Source of the DNA: Candidatus Pacearchaeota archaeon CG_4_10_14_0_2_um_filter_35_33
GTDB lineage: Archaea > Nanobdellota > Nanobdellia > Pacearchaeales > GW2011-AR1
NCBI GenBank assembly: GCA_002792635.1
Contig: PFOR01000009.1
Coordinates: 1 to 52,232, forward strand
Direction of reading: 5' to 3'
DNA length: 52,232 nt
Part shown: positions 49,087 to 52,232 of the stretch, in pieces
Position numbering within the stretch: the stretch's first letter is position 1
Layout: the number at the start of each line of letters is the position of its first letter
Notes under the pieces: model-generated
What the model was told of the DNA's origin: nothing
The model's database searches: none
The model's input: only the letters and a program-made list of their open reading frames with translations
Translations under genes and position numbers: made by a program

Positions 49087-50358
49087 TTACTTAGCTTTCA
49101 ATTCAATACAAACACCAGCACCAACTGTAGCTCCAGCGTCTCTGATTGCGAACCTAGCCATGTGTGGATTATCTGAGTTTGTTTCCAAAACTAAGTTTCC
49201 AATAGGCTTTATCTTAACCTTAGCAACATCTCCTGTCTTCAAGAAATCAGGATTTTCAATCTTTTGTCCGCCTCTTGCTACTTCAATCAATTCTATGAAT
49301 TGGCAAGGAACTTGAGCAGTATGAACGTGGAATACAGGTGTATATCCCTTAGCAATAACTGTTGGATGATTAATAACAACTACTTGCGCCGTAAATTCAT
49401 CAACAATCTTTGCAGGTTTAGTAACATCACAGACAACATCTCCTCTTGCAACATCCTTCTTACCAACTCCTCTGATGTTTATACCAACATTATCTCCAGC
49501 TTCAGCTTCCTGTAATTGTTCATGGTGGGCCTCAATACTCCTGACCTCTCCATTTACTCCAGTTCCAGATCTTCCCGGAAGAACAACAACTTTCTGTCCA
49601 ATCTTCATGACTCCAGAAATTATCTTACCAACAGGAACTGTTCCAATTCCAGTAATATCATAAACATCCTGTAGAGGCATCCTCATAGGCAAGTCCGTTG
49701 CTTTATCAGGGTCCTTGAACAAATCAAGCTGCTCATACACTGTAGGCCCTTTATACCAAGCCATTTTATCAGACTTATTGAAAACATTATCTCCCATAAA
49801 TCCAGAAGCTGCTATAAATGTCATTTCCTCCGGCTTGTATCCTGCTGTCTTTAACAAAGTTCCAAGGCCTTCCTTAACTTTGTTGAAAGCGTCTTCCTTG
49901 TACTCAACAGTATCCATCTTGTTTACCAAGATACAGATATCTCCAACACCCATTGTCTTTAACAACCATAGGTGCTCTTTAGTCTGTGGCTGAACTCCTT
50001 CTTTAGCAGCAACTACAAGAAAAGCTGCATCTGCCTGCGAAGCTCCAGTAATCATATTTTTAACAAAGTCCTTGTGTCCAGGTGCATCAATTATTGTAAC
50101 TTCCCTCTTATTAGTAATAACCTTCTGGTAAGATAAGTCAATTGTAACTCCTCTTTCTCTCTCTTCTTTGAATTTGTCCATAACATATGCGAATTCGAAT
50201 CCAACCTTTCCCTTCTCCTGAGCCATCTTCTTCAATTTCTCAAGCTCCTGAGCAGGTAAATTACCAGAGTCAAACATCAATCTACCGATAGTCGTACTCT
50301 TTCCGTGGTCGACGTGACCTACAAAGGCAACATTTAATCCAGGTTTCTCTTTCGCCAT
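49087..50358 (-). CDS. tuf: translation elongation factor EF-1alpha
   Basis: GHVDHGKST, ERERGVTID, DAPGHKDF, NKMD, RFAIRD. Confidence 0.97.
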   Translation of the reverse strand: MAKEKPGLNVAFVGHVDHGKSTTIGRLMFDSGNLPAQELEKLKKMAQEKGKVGFEFAYVMDKFKEERERGVTIDLSYQKVITNKREVTIIDAPGHKDFVKNMITGASQADAAFLVVAAKEGVQPQTKEHLWLLKTMGVGDICILVNKMDTVEYKEDAFNKVKEGLGTLLKTAGYKPEEMTFIAASGFMGDNVFNKSDKMAWYKGPTVYEQLDLFKDPDKATDLPMRMPLQDVYDITGIGTVPVGKIISGVMKIGQKVVVLPGRSGTGVNGEVRSIEAHHEQLQEAEAGDNVGINIRGVGKKDVARGDVVCDVTKPAKIVDEFTAQVVVINHPTVIAKGYTPVFHVHTAQVPCQFIELIEVARGGQKIENPDFLKTGDVAKVKIKPIGNLVLETNSDNPHMARFAIRDAGATVGAGVCIELKAK

Positions 50359-50405
50359 GTTTTGTTATTGAAAAATAAGGTATTTAAATCTTTCGCCATG
50401 TTTTG
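50348..50405 (-). promoter_or_regulatory. tuf BRE/TATA promoter bracketed by a 17-bp direct repeat
   Basis: CAAAACATGGCGAAAGA-TTTAAATA-N16-CAAAACATGGCGAAAGA on the minus strand. Confidence 0.65.
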
Positions 50406-50447
50406 CCCACACTAAAAACTTAAATAACACTTTCATCTCAATAAGCT

Positions 50448-51044
50448 ATGGTATTGCTAAAATCAGTGCCAATAAAAATTGGAACGAAAATGCCGGACTT
50501 TCTATTGAGAGATGCCGAAGATGTTTCTCACCACTCCAAAAGACTTTATGGAGAGAAAGGCCTTTTAGTAATCTTTACCTGCATTCATTGTCCCTATGCT
50601 CAGGCTGTCTGGCCAAGAATTATCCAAATTGCAGACCAAGCATCCGAGCTTGGGATTAATACTGTTGCAATAAACCCAAACATTAACTCAGAATTTCCGG
50701 AAGATTCTCCCGAAGCAATGAAAACTTTTATTAAAGAAAACATTTTAAAGTTTCCATTCCTCCAAGATTCCAGTCAAAATACGGCCAAAAAATATCAAGC
50801 CCAATGCACTCCTGATATATATTTAATGGATTCCAACAGGAAGTTAGTTTATCATGGAAGGATAGACGATAATTGGCAACATCCAGATAAGGTTACAAAA
50901 CATGAATTGTTAGAAGCTATCAACAATCTAGCAAATGATTTTCCAGCAATTCCAGAGGAAGATCAAGAACCCTCGATAGGATGTTCAATAAAATGGCTCG
51001 ACAATCAAGAGCCCGTGGACGACTTAGACAAACATGTCAAATAA
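50448..51044 (+). CDS. thioredoxin-like AhpC/TSA family protein
   Basis: FTCIHCPY, AQCTPD, YHGRIDD, SIGCSIKW. Confidence 0.88.
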   Translation: MVLLKSVPIKIGTKMPDFLLRDAEDVSHHSKRLYGEKGLLVIFTCIHCPYAQAVWPRIIQIADQASELGINTVAINPNINSEFPEDSPEAMKTFIKENILKFPFLQDSSQNTAKKYQAQCTPDIYLMDSNRKLVYHGRIDDNWQHPDKVTKHELLEAINNLANDFPAIPEEDQEPSIGCSIKWLDNQEPVDDLDKHVK

Positions 51045-51363
51045 CTTTTACGAACGAACTGTAACAATAAATGACCCGGAAGGAATTCATGAAAGACCTT
51101 CAGGAGCAATCGCACTTCTTGCAAGAGAATATCTAGGAAGGGTAGAGCTAGATTATGAGGGAATGACTGTAAATGCAAAAAATGATATGTTTGTTCAATC
51201 TCTTGGTGGACTTTATGAACATTCAATAACAGTAAGAGTTTCACCAGAACATGATAAAGCTCAAAAAACATTAGATAAATTAACAGAATTAATTTCTTCA
51301 GAAGAGATGACCTCATCATCAACTCTTTTATTGACTGCAAATCAAGTTTTGAGAAGCAACTAA
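51034..51363 (+). CDS. HPr family phosphocarrier protein
   Basis: GIHERPS (His15 region); VNAKNDMFVQSLG (Ser46 region). Confidence 0.75.
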   Translation: MSNNFYERTVTINDPEGIHERPSGAIALLAREYLGRVELDYEGMTVNAKNDMFVQSLGGLYEHSITVRVSPEHDKAQKTLDKLTELISSEEMTSSSTLLLTANQVLRSN

Positions 51364-51425
51364 CTTGCTGAAAACAATCATTTTACTAAAATAAAACATA
51401 TAAACTAAATAATCTAATCCAAGAA

Positions 51426-52232
51426 ATGACAAAAGATGGTGATTTATCAGAGCTTGTTCTAATTTCCTCCTCGAGAAATACATCTTTCGCCAGAAGCATA
51501 ACAGAGTATTTAAATCATCAATTAATTGAAGTAGAACAGAGAGATTTTAATGACGCAGACATATTAAGAAGAATAGAAGATCATGAAAGTGTTCGTGGAA
51601 AAAGAGTTGTCCTAATTTCAACGCACGAACCACCAATTCCAGAGAGGATGTATGAAGCGAATATATGACTTGATGTAATGGTCAGGGGAGAGGCTGACGA
51701 CATAACAATCATATTTCCATATTTTCCAGGAGCAAGACAAGATAGAAAAAGAAGAAGAGGCGAACCAATAAATATAGTAGCCAATATAAATAATCTAAGG
51801 GGAACGGCACACGACCAAGTTGTCAGGCTAAGATTCATGACGGCAGATTTACATTCCGCACAATCTCAAGCATTGGCAACAAGATTTGATAATTTGTCAG
51901 CAATGCCATTATTTATCTAAGATATGAAAGCAAATTATGACTCAAATATAACTGTTGTTGCACCAGATTCAGGGGCAGTTGCAGATGCAGAAGAACTAGC
52001 AGGAAGAACAGATGCAAAAGAGATAGCATTTATTCCTAAAATAAGAAATCCGCAAACAGGAAAAACTAGAAACTATGGCATAATTGGAGACGATCCCTCC
52101 GGAACATCAGTAGTTTTGTGGGGTGACATAGTTGACAGCGGTTCAACTTTAGAAGGGGCATGCAATGAAATAGAGAAGGCAGGAGCATCAGGGATTGCAA
52201 TCTATACAACCCATGCTTTATTCAATCCTCCA
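51426..52232 (+). pseudogene. prs: ribose-phosphate pyrophosphokinase with two in-frame stops (51666-51668 TGA, 51918-51920 TAA); runs off the window
   Basis: SVRGK, PYFPGARQDR, DLHS, VVAPDSG, DIVDSGSTL, THALF in one frame. Confidence 0.82.

Noticed and set aside
13186-49993. Numerous 60-140 aa antisense ORFs in the track (e.g. 13186, 19163, 41338, 47732, 49715)
   Set aside because: They lie opposite well-supported genes and have no motifs; treated as shadow ORFs
2478-52232. Alternative genetic code (TGA or TAG reassigned)
   Set aside because: Both TGA and TAG terminate intact conserved genes, TGG is used for Trp, three different stop codons interrupt genes, and core genes have no internal stops
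1-52232. CRISPR array or cas genes
   Set aside because: No regularly spaced direct repeats and no cas-like ORFs were seen

Overview
AT-rich archaeal chromosomal segment, most consistent with a DPANN lineage such as Pacearchaeota/Woesearchaeota. Evidence: archaeal EF-1alpha, DnaG, TrmB, a BHB-intron tRNA, and TATA promoters close to start codons. Housekeeping genes: tatD, ogg, ileS, rnhB, mscS, smc, nfo, dnaG, tuf and three tRNAs. There is an arginine/ornithine catabolic cluster (ArcE-like arginine synthetase, carbamoyltransferase, carbamate kinase, ureohydrolase, aminotransferases, aldehyde dehydrogenase). Three integrase-less defence cassettes are present, including a type I R-M island inside a broken MFS gene. 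Main unexplained signals: (1) all three tRNAs are followed by a copy of their own 3' end interrupted by a related ~50-nt structured insert; (2) a family of four small palindromic insertion elements with fixed ends, three of them inside genes; (3) a condensin-type Smc with a central CxxC zinc hook and no apparent hinge; (4) a DUF3800-like gene followed by a GC-rich structured RNA candidate; (5) a shared leader repeat in front of two nuclease cassettes; (6) repeated in-frame stops at likely Trp positions in accessory genes. All product calls come from motif recognition by eye; no database searches were run.
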